NCBI GenBank assembly: GCA_049840435.1
Contig: JASGKY010000038.1
Coordinates: 25,333-89,332 of the forward strand
Direction: 5' to 3'
Origin: Verrucomicrobiota bacterium
GTDB lineage: Bacteria; Verrucomicrobiota; Verrucomicrobiia; Limisphaerales; JADLHS01
Length of the DNA stretch: 64,000 nucleotides
This document shows, piece by piece, positions 41,433 through 49,340 of the stretch (the stretch's first letter is position 1; each line of letters opens with the position of its first letter). The position numbers and the translations under genes were made by a program. The notes beneath the pieces were generated by a model that had not been told where the DNA came from, ran no database searches, and worked only from the letters and a program-made list of their open reading frames with translations.

Positions 41433-42512
41433 TCAAATACTCAGCACCGCGACCTTCTTGCGGAAAGCGTCAAAGTCGAGTTTCCCAGTTTGAAATGCCT
41501 CGGCATCGGCTTTCTTCACCCGGAAGATCAGCTTGGCCGGACTATCCACCCGGCGTTGTTCTCCGGACGAGGACTTCGCGATAACGACTCGTTCTGTTTT
41601 GGTAGTGCCTGGTTTGCCACCGGCACTCTTGAACGATTTGGTCAGCACACCCGCTTCACCACTGGAGACGACGACGGTTACTGTTTCATCGGATTTCAAG
41701 CGCCGGATATTGGCCGCATTCTTGAGTGCGGTGATCACGTCGGCTTTCAACTTTTCCACCTTGTCTGCGTCGTATTCGGCTACCGGCAATTTCACATTCC
41801 AAGGTTCACCGCCAAAACGTTCCTCGAAAGCCATGAACGGGTCTGCGCCGCCCTGCCCTTTACCTCCGGGTCTGGACATCTCCCGTTTGGCCTCTTCCCA
41901 TTCATTGCTGGGTTGCTCTTTCGCCTCGAGGTTCAAGTCTTTATTCGGAGGCGGCTGCAATGGAATGCTCACGTTCAACAGGAAAATCGCTCCGTGCCCC
42001 TCGATGTAAAGATTTTGCGGGGACGCCCCGGCAACGGAGGCCCGGCCAAAAACTGCAATGCCCATCGCCCGCGCAGCTTTGTCATCGCTATTGAGCGCCT
42101 TGCTAAGAATATGCGCCATCACCCCCAGGTCTTCTTCCACCTCTGCAAAACTCTTGGGATCGCCCGCGTCCTTGGGGATAACTAAGGCACGCGGCGAACG
42201 AGACGACGGAACGGCAAATGGAGAAGCGACAAAAACATCATCGCCGGCCTCACCGCTCACCGCACCAAACGCGCCACCACCGGCTTGAGCTAGTGTCATG
42301 GTCTTACGCGCGCCAACTTGGGCTTTGGCAGTCTCCGTTCGACGATCCGCCGCAATCAACGGCATTGGCTGCCCCCCAAACCCGGGATCGATCAGCACGT
42401 CCTCCGGCAGGGGCACCGGGACACGCTCGCGGATAACATCGGTTTCTTGCGCCAACGCCAGAGTGGTACTGACAACGGCGATTGCTATGGTAAATAATTT
42501 TGTGTTTTTCAT
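41433..42512 (-). CDS. Secreted hypothetical protein, third gene of an ECF sigma / anti-sigma module
   Basis: 359 aa with signal peptide MKNTKLFTIAIAVVSTTLALAQE. No family is recognised. It starts 17 nt after the anti-sigma stop. Confidence 0.6.
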   Translation of the reverse strand: MKNTKLFTIAIAVVSTTLALAQETDVIRERVPVPLPEDVLIDPGFGGQPMPLIAADRRTETAKAQVGARKTMTLAQAGGGAFGAVSGEAGDDVFVASPFAVPSSRSPRALVIPKDAGDPKSFAEVEEDLGVMAHILSKALNSDDKAARAMGIAVFGRASVAGASPQNLYIEGHGAIFLLNVSIPLQPPPNKDLNLEAKEQPSNEWEEAKREMSRPGGKGQGGADPFMAFEERFGGEPWNVKLPVAEYDADKVEKLKADVITALKNAANIRRLKSDETVTVVVSSGEAGVLTKSFKSAGGKPGTTKTERVVIAKSSSGEQRRVDSPAKLIFRVKKADAEAFQTGKLDFDAFRKKVAVLSI

Positions 42513-42529
42513 ATGATATTCGCTAGGAG

Positions 42530-43198
42530 TTAATTTTTTGTTTTGGCCCCATTTAAATCAGTTGCCTCGCCATGATCGGCGACGGCATACGAGGCGAGAG
42601 TCGTGAGCCCTTCCTTGGTCTGCTGAAAGCCGGTTTCGGTATTGAGCGCCACGGTTTCCAGTTCGGTGCGCAGTTTGCCGAGCCGCAATTCCATCTCACG
42701 CAGCGCCAGCCCGACCACCCGCCGATCCTCGGTGCGCCGTTCCTCGTTCAGCTTCGAGTAATCGGTGAGCAGTCGGATCAATTCGGCGCGCACGGACGCA
42801 TCAAGTATCGTGACTGGCGTCTTGTTGTTGTACTCCATGAGTTGTGCCACGGTCGCTTTCAATTCCGCGACTTCCCGGCCATGTTGCGAACTGATTCGTC
42901 CAACAGCAAAGCCCACACAGAGCACCAGCGCCGCCGCCACCGCCCAGCGCAATAGCACCGCCGGCGGCCAGGCGACCGGCTTTCGACATAGCGCCGTCAC
43001 CTTCCAATCATCCAAGGCTTTTATGCTCGCGCGCCATTCATTCAATTGCCGTCCGCAGGGCGAACAATTGGCCAGATGTTGGAACAGCTCTTCTTTGCGC
43101 TCGGCTGTAACCTCGTCATAGAGGTAAGCCGTCCATTCCTCTTGGTTGGGATGATTCAGCGTTGTTGCACTGCGTGATGATGATTCTTGTGATTGCAT
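42530..43198 (-). CDS. Anti-sigma factor (zf-HC2-like N-terminus, one TM helix, coiled-coil exterior domain)
   Basis: 222 aa: H...C..C motif (ELFQHLANCSPCGRQLNEW) and TM helix RWAVAAALVLCVGFAVG. It overlaps the sigma gene 3' end by 43 nt. Confidence 0.7.
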   Translation of the reverse strand: MQSQESSSRSATTLNHPNQEEWTAYLYDEVTAERKEELFQHLANCSPCGRQLNEWRASIKALDDWKVTALCRKPVAWPPAVLLRWAVAAALVLCVGFAVGRISSQHGREVAELKATVAQLMEYNNKTPVTILDASVRAELIRLLTDYSKLNEERRTEDRRVVGLALREMELRLGKLRTELETVALNTETGFQQTKEGLTTLASYAVADHGEATDLNGAKTKN

Positions 43199-43806
43199 AC
43201 ATTCTCCTCGTTCAAGTGATTCAACCGCCGGTTCAATTGCCCTAAAGCCTCGGCCATGCGCGATTTCACCGTGCCCTCCGGGATACCTAGGACCTCGCCG
43301 ATTTCGCGGAACTTCAGCCCTTCGTAATGCCGCAGCACAACCACTTCTCGATATTGCGGCAACAACTCCGCCAGCGCCCGGCGCACCTGCTCCCCGCGTT
43401 CCTGCGTCTCGGCGTGCGCATCGGGCGCAGGTTCGTCCGCTACGAAGCGCGTTTCCCCGCCTCCGTCCGCGTCCTCCAAGGCGTCCAAGGAAAACTCACG
43501 CCGACGTTGCTGCTGACGTGCTTCGTCATGACAGAGATTCAACGCGACGCGCCACAGGAACGTGGAAAATTTCCCCACTGGCTCCCAGTCAGCACGCCGC
43601 GTGAACACCCGGGTAAAAGCCATCTGCGTCAAATCCTCCGCCCGATGGGCATCGCCCGTCATTCGCAGACAGAGCCGACGGATGGGGAGTTCCCAGCGGC
43701 GGACGAGTTTGGTGAACGCCAGAGCATCGTCTTGTAGCTTCACACGCCACATCAACTGCTCGTCGCTGATTGTAAACAGCGATGTCAGCAAACGGCCCAT
43801 GTGCAC
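43156..43806 (-). CDS. ECF-type RNA polymerase sigma factor
   Basis: Region 2 (AEDLTQMAFTRVFTRRADW...FSTFLWRVALNLCHD) and region 4 (YREVVVLRHYEGLKFREIGEVLGIPEGTVKSRMAEAL). Confidence 0.88.
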   Translation of the reverse strand: MHMGRLLTSLFTISDEQLMWRVKLQDDALAFTKLVRRWELPIRRLCLRMTGDAHRAEDLTQMAFTRVFTRRADWEPVGKFSTFLWRVALNLCHDEARQQQRRREFSLDALEDADGGGETRFVADEPAPDAHAETQERGEQVRRALAELLPQYREVVVLRHYEGLKFREIGEVLGIPEGTVKSRMAEALGQLNRRLNHLNEENVCNHKNHHHAVQQR

Positions 43807-43840
43807 CTTAAGATGATGATTTTCACAGCGGTTCAGCTGA

Positions 43841-43870
43841 TCCGACAGGCAATCATGCCAATCGGTTCAT
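43841..43870 (-). promoter_or_regulatory. Candidate ECF-type autoregulated promoter (TGAACC-N16-TGTC)
   Basis: The minus strand reads tgaTGAACCgattggcatgattgccTGTCgg about 45 nt upstream of the sigma start. This resembles the GAAC...CGTC architecture of ECF promoters. It is a pattern match only. Confidence 0.3.
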
Positions 43871-43940
43871 CAGGTGTAACGCGTAAGAGGTGGAATTGGG
43901 TCGGAACTTTTTAAAAAATGTTCAAGCCGATGAAATTAGC

Positions 43941-43975
43941 CAAAAAATAAGCCGGCGAACATTCGGTTCACCGGC
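43941..43975 (-). terminator. Intrinsic terminator of the histidine kinase gene
   Basis: The minus strand reads GCCGGTGAACCgaatGTTCGCCGGCttatttttt: a 10-bp stem with one C-A mismatch followed by a T-tract, 30 nt after the stop at 44005. Confidence 0.6.
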
Positions 43976-44004
43976 ATCAGGCCCACATTCAAGCTGCTCT
44001 GCTG

Positions 44005-45621
44005 CTACTTCTTCTTCGGCAAAGTGAAATAGAAGGTGGCGCCTTGATCCACTTCGGCTTTGGCCCAGGTGCGGCCCTCGTGACGGCCAACAATCCTTCG
44101 GACGTTGGCGAGGCCGATGCCCGTGCCTTCAAATTCTTCCGCCCGATGCATGCGGTGGAACGTGCCAAACAATTTGTCGGCATACCGCATATCGAATCCT
44201 GCTCCGTTGTCCTGCACAAAAAAAACATCTTCGTCATCACCGGCCACGCCACCAATCCTGATCTCGGCCTGCGCCCGTTTGCGAGTGTATTTGACTGCGT
44301 TGGAAATCAGATTTGCCCAGACCTGCTTCAACATGGCGCGATCTCCGTTGACCTCTGGCAATTCGCCGATATCCCAAATGATAGATCGTCCTTTGGTCTC
44401 CGGCTGGAGTTCGGCAACCACTTCCTTGACCAGTTGCCCCATACCAACTCGGGAACGGTGGAATTCTGCCCGCCCCATCCGCGCGAACTCCAGCAGATCC
44501 CTGATCAAAGTTTCCATCCGACCAGCCGCCGTCGAAATCACTGACAGATGCCTTACGTTGGCCGCACTTAAAGTGCTTTCCTTGTCATCTCGCATCAGAT
44601 CCACGTAAGCATTGATGTGCCGCAGCGGCGCCCGCAGGTCGTGTGAAACCGAATAGGAAAAAGTTTCCAATTCGTCGTTCAACATTCGCAAGCGAGCCGT
44701 TCGATCAGCCACCTTTTGCTCCAGACCATGGTAAAGCTGCACGTTTTCCATTGCGATAGATGTGCTGTCGGCCAAGGCTTGGAGTAGTTTCACTTCATGC
44801 GACCGGGGGCGTCTTTCTGTGGCCCAATACGTTCCAATCGCACCAATGGGATCAACCGTACGGATTGGCACCATCGCCAGGCTTTTCACAAACGTGGGAC
44901 GATACGCATCTGCCGGAATGCGGGCATCGGCATAAATATCTTCAATCACGGCTGCCTGCCGGTTCAACATGGCCCAGCCGCTGATACAGATGTCCATGGG
45001 AAACCGTTTGCCTTTCCACAGGGGGGCAATCGCCTCCTCATCAGCGTAATGACATTTATCACCCTCGCGTAGAACGAATGTGGCCCCATCCGCACCAGTC
45101 AATTCCCGCGCCGCGTGACGCACAATGGTCATGATGCGGGGCAAGTCCCGGGCGAGTGAAAGCTCCTGCACTACACCGACTAGGCGCTCCATTCCGCGCA
45201 CGTAAGCAGTGGAAGCATCCGCGGAAAATTGTGCCGTATCCGATTCCCGATCTTGAAACGCACGCATAATAGCAGGAGCAAGCAAATCCAATTCCGACTT
45301 GCTAATGCAATCGGTCGCCCCGGAAGCCCGCTTTTTGTTCAGAGCCTCCTCGCGATTGGCAAAACCGGACACAAAGATAAACGGCAAACCCGGGCGTTTT
45401 TCCTGAACCATCCGCAGAGCCTGCGTGCCAGCGTAGCCGGGTAAGCTATTATCGGATAAGACAACATCAAACTTGAGATGCGCGATAGCCTGAAGAAACT
45501 CATCTCGGTCCCGGGCAACCTTGATATCGGCCGCCACACCGAATTTGGTCAACACATGCGCAATCAATTCAGAATCGTATTGGTTGTCCTCCAAGTGCAA
45601 AATGTGGAGTTTGTTTTTCAT
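44005..45621 (-). CDS. Hybrid sensor: N-terminal receiver (REC) - GAF - HisKA/HATPase histidine kinase
   Basis: 538 aa. REC (LHILHLEDNQYD...FDVVLSDNSLPGYAG...PFIFVSG), a GAF-like middle, H-box FSYSVSHDLRAPLRHI, and G1 DNGAGFD and G2 GTGIGLANVRRIV boxes. Confidence 0.88.
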   Translation of the reverse strand: MKNKLHILHLEDNQYDSELIAHVLTKFGVAADIKVARDRDEFLQAIAHLKFDVVLSDNSLPGYAGTQALRMVQEKRPGLPFIFVSGFANREEALNKKRASGATDCISKSELDLLAPAIMRAFQDRESDTAQFSADASTAYVRGMERLVGVVQELSLARDLPRIMTIVRHAARELTGADGATFVLREGDKCHYADEEAIAPLWKGKRFPMDICISGWAMLNRQAAVIEDIYADARIPADAYRPTFVKSLAMVPIRTVDPIGAIGTYWATERRPRSHEVKLLQALADSTSIAMENVQLYHGLEQKVADRTARLRMLNDELETFSYSVSHDLRAPLRHINAYVDLMRDDKESTLSAANVRHLSVISTAAGRMETLIRDLLEFARMGRAEFHRSRVGMGQLVKEVVAELQPETKGRSIIWDIGELPEVNGDRAMLKQVWANLISNAVKYTRKRAQAEIRIGGVAGDDEDVFFVQDNGAGFDMRYADKLFGTFHRMHRAEEFEGTGIGLANVRRIVGRHEGRTWAKAEVDQGATFYFTLPKKK

Positions 45622-45822
45622 CTGTAGCGATTTATTGTTGCTCCTATCTTATGCTCTCCAAATTGCCCGCTGTTTATATTACCGCAAGCATGAGATTCAG
45701 AAATTTCATGTCGCAAATGCGTGACATTTACCTTTTAGCCAACAAGTTGAATTGCTGGGACCAGACTGCAGTTGATTCAGTTGATTGATTGACGCCCTTA
45801 ACCATCCTAGTGACAATTTGAC

Positions 45823-46155
45823 ATGGCAAAACCTGAATTGCAGATCGAAAAACTTGTCAGCAGCAATGGCGACACGCCGAAGAAGGGCGACACGGTGAGT
45901 GTGCATTACACTGGCTGGTTTACCAATGGCGGGAAATTTGATAGCTCGGTGGACCGGGACGAACCGTTCGAGTTCGTGCTTGGCGCAGGCATGGTCATTG
46001 CCGGTTGGGACTTGGGCGTGGCACAGATGAAAGTTGGCGATAAAGTGAAACTCACAATTCCACCAGAACTGGGCTACGGTCGCGACGGTTATCCGGGCGC
46101 AATTCCGCCAAATGCCACACTGGTGTTTGAGGTGGAATTGCTCGGCATCAGGTGA
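45823..46155 (+). CDS. FKBP-type peptidyl-prolyl cis-trans isomerase
   Basis: 110 aa: GDTVSVHYTGWFTNGGKFDSS...PFEFVLGAGMVIAGWDLGVAQMKVGDK...IPPNATLVFEVELLGI. Confidence 0.93.
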   Translation: MAKPELQIEKLVSSNGDTPKKGDTVSVHYTGWFTNGGKFDSSVDRDEPFEFVLGAGMVIAGWDLGVAQMKVGDKVKLTIPPELGYGRDGYPGAIPPNATLVFEVELLGIR

Positions 46156-46258
46156 GATTCAAGCCTGCATCTCTTCCTTCCTCGGTTGTGACAGAAAAGG
46201 AAGGCGAATTTAGGTAAGATCGCCAGTCCCGAGAAGTACGTTACGCGACACATCCTTT

Positions 46259-47185
46259 TCAATCTGCAGGCAAGGAACTCAAAGCCTGTGGCAATGCCAC
46301 CCATTGGTCGGTGAAATCCACCGGATGCAATCCATCCGTCGCCAGAGTCAACCGGGCCAATTCCGCCGCACTGCGCGCTCCAAGCTTTCGCATTGCGCTA
46401 CCGCGATGCACCTTCACAGTAACCAACGCGAGATGCAGCTTTTCGGCGATTTCTTTATTAAGCATCCCAGCGAGGACAAGCTTCACAACCTCCACCTCGC
46501 GCGGCGTAAGCTGCTCCAAGCGGCGTTGCATGTCATCGCCACGCAATCGGCGCTGTAAGCCCTTCCGAGATTGATTCAATGCGCTGTTGATTGATTGAAG
46601 CAGCGCCTCTGTCTCGCAAGAATTCAGCAATACATCCTCTGCCCCTGCACGCATGAGCTGCACCACCATACGAATCTCGGGATTGCTGATCAGCACGATA
46701 GTCGGAAGCCGCCAACCTTTGGCCCGCAACTGTTCGTAGATACTCAAAGCCTCCAAGCCCGAATCATCCTGCGCAATCACCAGACACGTTGGTCCGGCTG
46801 GTATCGTATCGGCCAAAAACGTGTGTTCGGTGAAATACTGTTGGGTCAGAATATTTGATGCTGCCAAAGCCTGACGCAAATGTTCCGCAAGGTTTGGCTT
46901 CTGGCCGAGCAGAATGACCGTTCCAACCGGCTTGCTGGCCTCCGCAACGGGCGATGTCGCCGAAACCGGTAACAGGTAATTCTCTCCGTCCCGGGGCGAC
47001 ATGACGATGGCCGCCTTAGCACCGTGAGTTCCCGACCACGATGTTTGGACTTGGACTGGCTGACTCGCGCGGTTAAAGGGTTGGTTCTGCATAAACACAA
47101 CAACGATGGGGTAGCAAAGACAAGTCGCTACTTGCTTGAAAAGACTCAATCCCGCTGCCAACAATTGCTTGTTTTTATCAGCCAC
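46259..47185 (-). CDS. LuxR/FixJ-family transcriptional regulator with a degenerate (pseudo-)receiver domain
   Basis: C-terminal LuxR HTH (LTPREVEVVKLVLAGMLNKEIAEKLHLALVTVKVHRGSAMRKLG). The receiver-like fold upstream lacks the acidic pocket and the phospho-Asp/Lys positions when aligned by eye to FixJ. The start is uncertain (M1 or M32). Confidence 0.78.
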   Translation of the reverse strand: MADKNKQLLAAGLSLFKQVATCLCYPIVVVFMQNQPFNRASQPVQVQTSWSGTHGAKAAIVMSPRDGENYLLPVSATSPVAEASKPVGTVILLGQKPNLAEHLRQALAASNILTQQYFTEHTFLADTIPAGPTCLVIAQDDSGLEALSIYEQLRAKGWRLPTIVLISNPEIRMVVQLMRAGAEDVLLNSCETEALLQSINSALNQSRKGLQRRLRGDDMQRRLEQLTPREVEVVKLVLAGMLNKEIAEKLHLALVTVKVHRGSAMRKLGARSAAELARLTLATDGLHPVDFTDQWVALPQALSSLPAD

Positions 47186-47470
47186 CTAGCTATCTGGATA
47201 TACCCACTATCCGGTAGGAAGTTTTTTCCCAACCATCGAAAGCCTAGCCACCAGAGCCAAGCCGCCCCCCGTTGCGATCACATCTGATCCTAACTTCTAT
47301 CCCGTAATTACCGCAGCCAGAATGAGTAATCGTCCACATATACAGACGCAAACGGCTTCAGCTAAAGTTTAGTACAACAGATGAACAACGGCGGTGCAGG
47401 CGGAACAACAACATCGGCACAATGTTAAACTGAAATTTCCTGCGGACGTGTTGGGTTATTGGGGAGAGAA

Positions 47471-47498
47471 AGCGGACTTCGAGCAATCGAAGTCCGCT
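47471..47498. terminator. Intrinsic terminator hairpin downstream of the SDR gene
   Basis: Perfect 12-bp stem AGCGGACTTCGA/TCGAAGTCCGCT with loop gcaa, 32 nt after the stop at 47530. The flanks are ttctctc (minus strand) and gcttttc (plus strand). Confidence 0.6.
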
Positions 47499-47529
47499 GC
47501 TTTTCTGCTAAATCAGTTATGCCTCTGTC

Positions 47530-49092
47530 TCACCAGTCCGTCGGCACATAGTCCTTCAGGAATTTTCCCCAAAGGTGCTCGCCAGTATTAATTCCCGCAA
47601 TGACCGGGTCGACAATCCGCGCAGCACCATCCACAATGTCCAATGGCGGATGAAAGCGATGTTCCTTCACTTTGCGTGTTGCAATGTGGACCGGGTCTTC
47701 ATCCGTCACCCAGCCCGTATCCACGGCGTTCATGTGGATGCCGTCCGCATGATAATCGGCCGCCGCCGTCCGCGTCATCATATTCAAAGCAGCCTTTGCC
47801 ATGTTTGTATGCGGATGGCGCGTGGTCTTGAACTTCCGATAAAACTGCCCTTCGACCGCAGAGACGTTGACAATGTGTTTGTCGCGTCCGGGCACACGTA
47901 ACATGAGGGGCTTGAGCCGCGCGTTAAGAATGAAGGGCGCGACTGCGTTGACAAGTTGCACTTCGAGCAACTCGACTGCCGGAACTTCATGCATGCGCAT
48001 CCGCCAAGAGTTGTGCTCGCGCAGATCCACCTGTTGCAAATCCTGGTCAAGCTTACCCTGCGGAAACAGCGCCTGCTGCGCCGCGAGTTCCTCTGGCAAC
48101 AATGGCACCTGCGACAATTCCGCCGCGTGCGTCAGCCCAGCGACCTCCGACATCCGTTTCTGCACCAACGCAGCATCGGCTTCAGGCAACATGTGATAAC
48201 CACGCAAACCTTCATACGCGCCGAGCAGTTTCCGCGCGTCTTCTGGCAAATCATGCAGCGCCCCATTCTCGCGCTCCATCATGTGCGAATAAAAATCCGG
48301 CGGTCGCCGCACTGTCTGGCAGGCGTTGTTGATAATGAAATCCAGACGCGCATACTTGCGCATCATGTGCTGGCAGAACGCCTCGACGCTCGGCGTGTGC
48401 CGCAGATCCAGACCAAAAATTTCGAGCCGCTGCCCCCAATCCTTGAAATCCGGCTCTTGCGCGTAGCGCAACGCCGAATCCCGAGGGAAGCGGGTGGTGA
48501 CTATGAGTTGCGCGCCAGCCCGGAGCAATTTGATCCCCGCCTGATAACCAATCTTCACCCGCCCGCCCGTGAGCAAAGCCACCCGCCCCCGCAGGTCTGC
48601 CAATTCTGTGCGCTTGCGAAAATTCAATTCCGCACACTGCGGACACAGTTGATCGTAGAAGTGATGGATCGTGGTATAATTTTTTTTGCAGATATAACAG
48701 TTCTGCGGCTCGATCACTTCGCGAAATTCAACGTCACCTTGCACCTCCTGCGGTTCTAAGTCTGGCGGAGGAGGGAGATTCGGGGTCGTGAACACTGGCT
48801 TCGCCCGGAGCGTGCGGATACCGGTTTCATTCAAGACCGACTGGTCCCGATGGAGTTTTTCTTTTTTGCGTTGCTTGGAAGTTTCCTTTACTAACCGCCG
48901 GCGCGCCCGCACATCCGGACAATATACGTCGCCGGCAGCCTTGAGCAAACGCGCCCGCTCCTCTTGTGACAGTTCGCCGAGAATGGCGCGATCCGCGGCC
49001 GCTTTTTCCAACAACTCTGCAGCCGCGCGCAACTGAGCTGCCAGTTCGGCCCGTTTCGCCTGATCGTAATGAGAATGCTTCTGTTCGGACAT
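47530..49092 (-). CDS. SDR-family oxidoreductase with a long N-terminal extension (coiled-coil/basic region + CxxC...CxxC zinc ribbon)
   Basis: 520 aa. Zinc ribbon CYICKKNYTTIHHFYDQLCPQCAELN, then a Rossmann start VALLTGGRVKIGYQAGIKLLRAGAQLIVTTR, NNA, and a C-terminal SDR core. Confidence 0.75.
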   Translation of the reverse strand: MSEQKHSHYDQAKRAELAAQLRAAAELLEKAAADRAILGELSQEERARLLKAAGDVYCPDVRARRRLVKETSKQRKKEKLHRDQSVLNETGIRTLRAKPVFTTPNLPPPPDLEPQEVQGDVEFREVIEPQNCYICKKNYTTIHHFYDQLCPQCAELNFRKRTELADLRGRVALLTGGRVKIGYQAGIKLLRAGAQLIVTTRFPRDSALRYAQEPDFKDWGQRLEIFGLDLRHTPSVEAFCQHMMRKYARLDFIINNACQTVRRPPDFYSHMMERENGALHDLPEDARKLLGAYEGLRGYHMLPEADAALVQKRMSEVAGLTHAAELSQVPLLPEELAAQQALFPQGKLDQDLQQVDLREHNSWRMRMHEVPAVELLEVQLVNAVAPFILNARLKPLMLRVPGRDKHIVNVSAVEGQFYRKFKTTRHPHTNMAKAALNMMTRTAAADYHADGIHMNAVDTGWVTDEDPVHIATRKVKEHRFHPPLDIVDGAARIVDPVIAGINTGEHLWGKFLKDYVPTDW

Positions 49093-49340
49093 TGGTTCAC
49101 TTCTACCCGGCCTAAGCCGCAGCAGAAGTCGGACAGCCTATCTTGCCGCCATACATCGTCAAGAAGCAGCTGTAGAATCCCCGCTGTGTCTCCTCAGAAT
49201 TTGACTGCGCCAACAAAGCTTTCCCCTTGCCTGTCGCACTGACGCCAGAAACAATCCAGTCCGTTCTGCCGCACTAGATTCACCCGCGGCAATTGAGTGG
49301 ATTAAACAATCCACGCCGGCGTTCGTCCGTTATCCGTTCC

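Noticed and set aside
45771-45793. Short direct repeats gttgattca-gttgattga-ttga upstream of the FKBP gene
   Set aside because: They are too short and degenerate to call a regulatory repeat, and are probably just part of an AT-rich promoter region.
47394-47591. 65-aa plus-strand ORF in the LuxR/SDR intergenic region
   Set aside because: It runs through the 47471-47498 terminator hairpin and into the SDR gene in antisense, with no supporting features.
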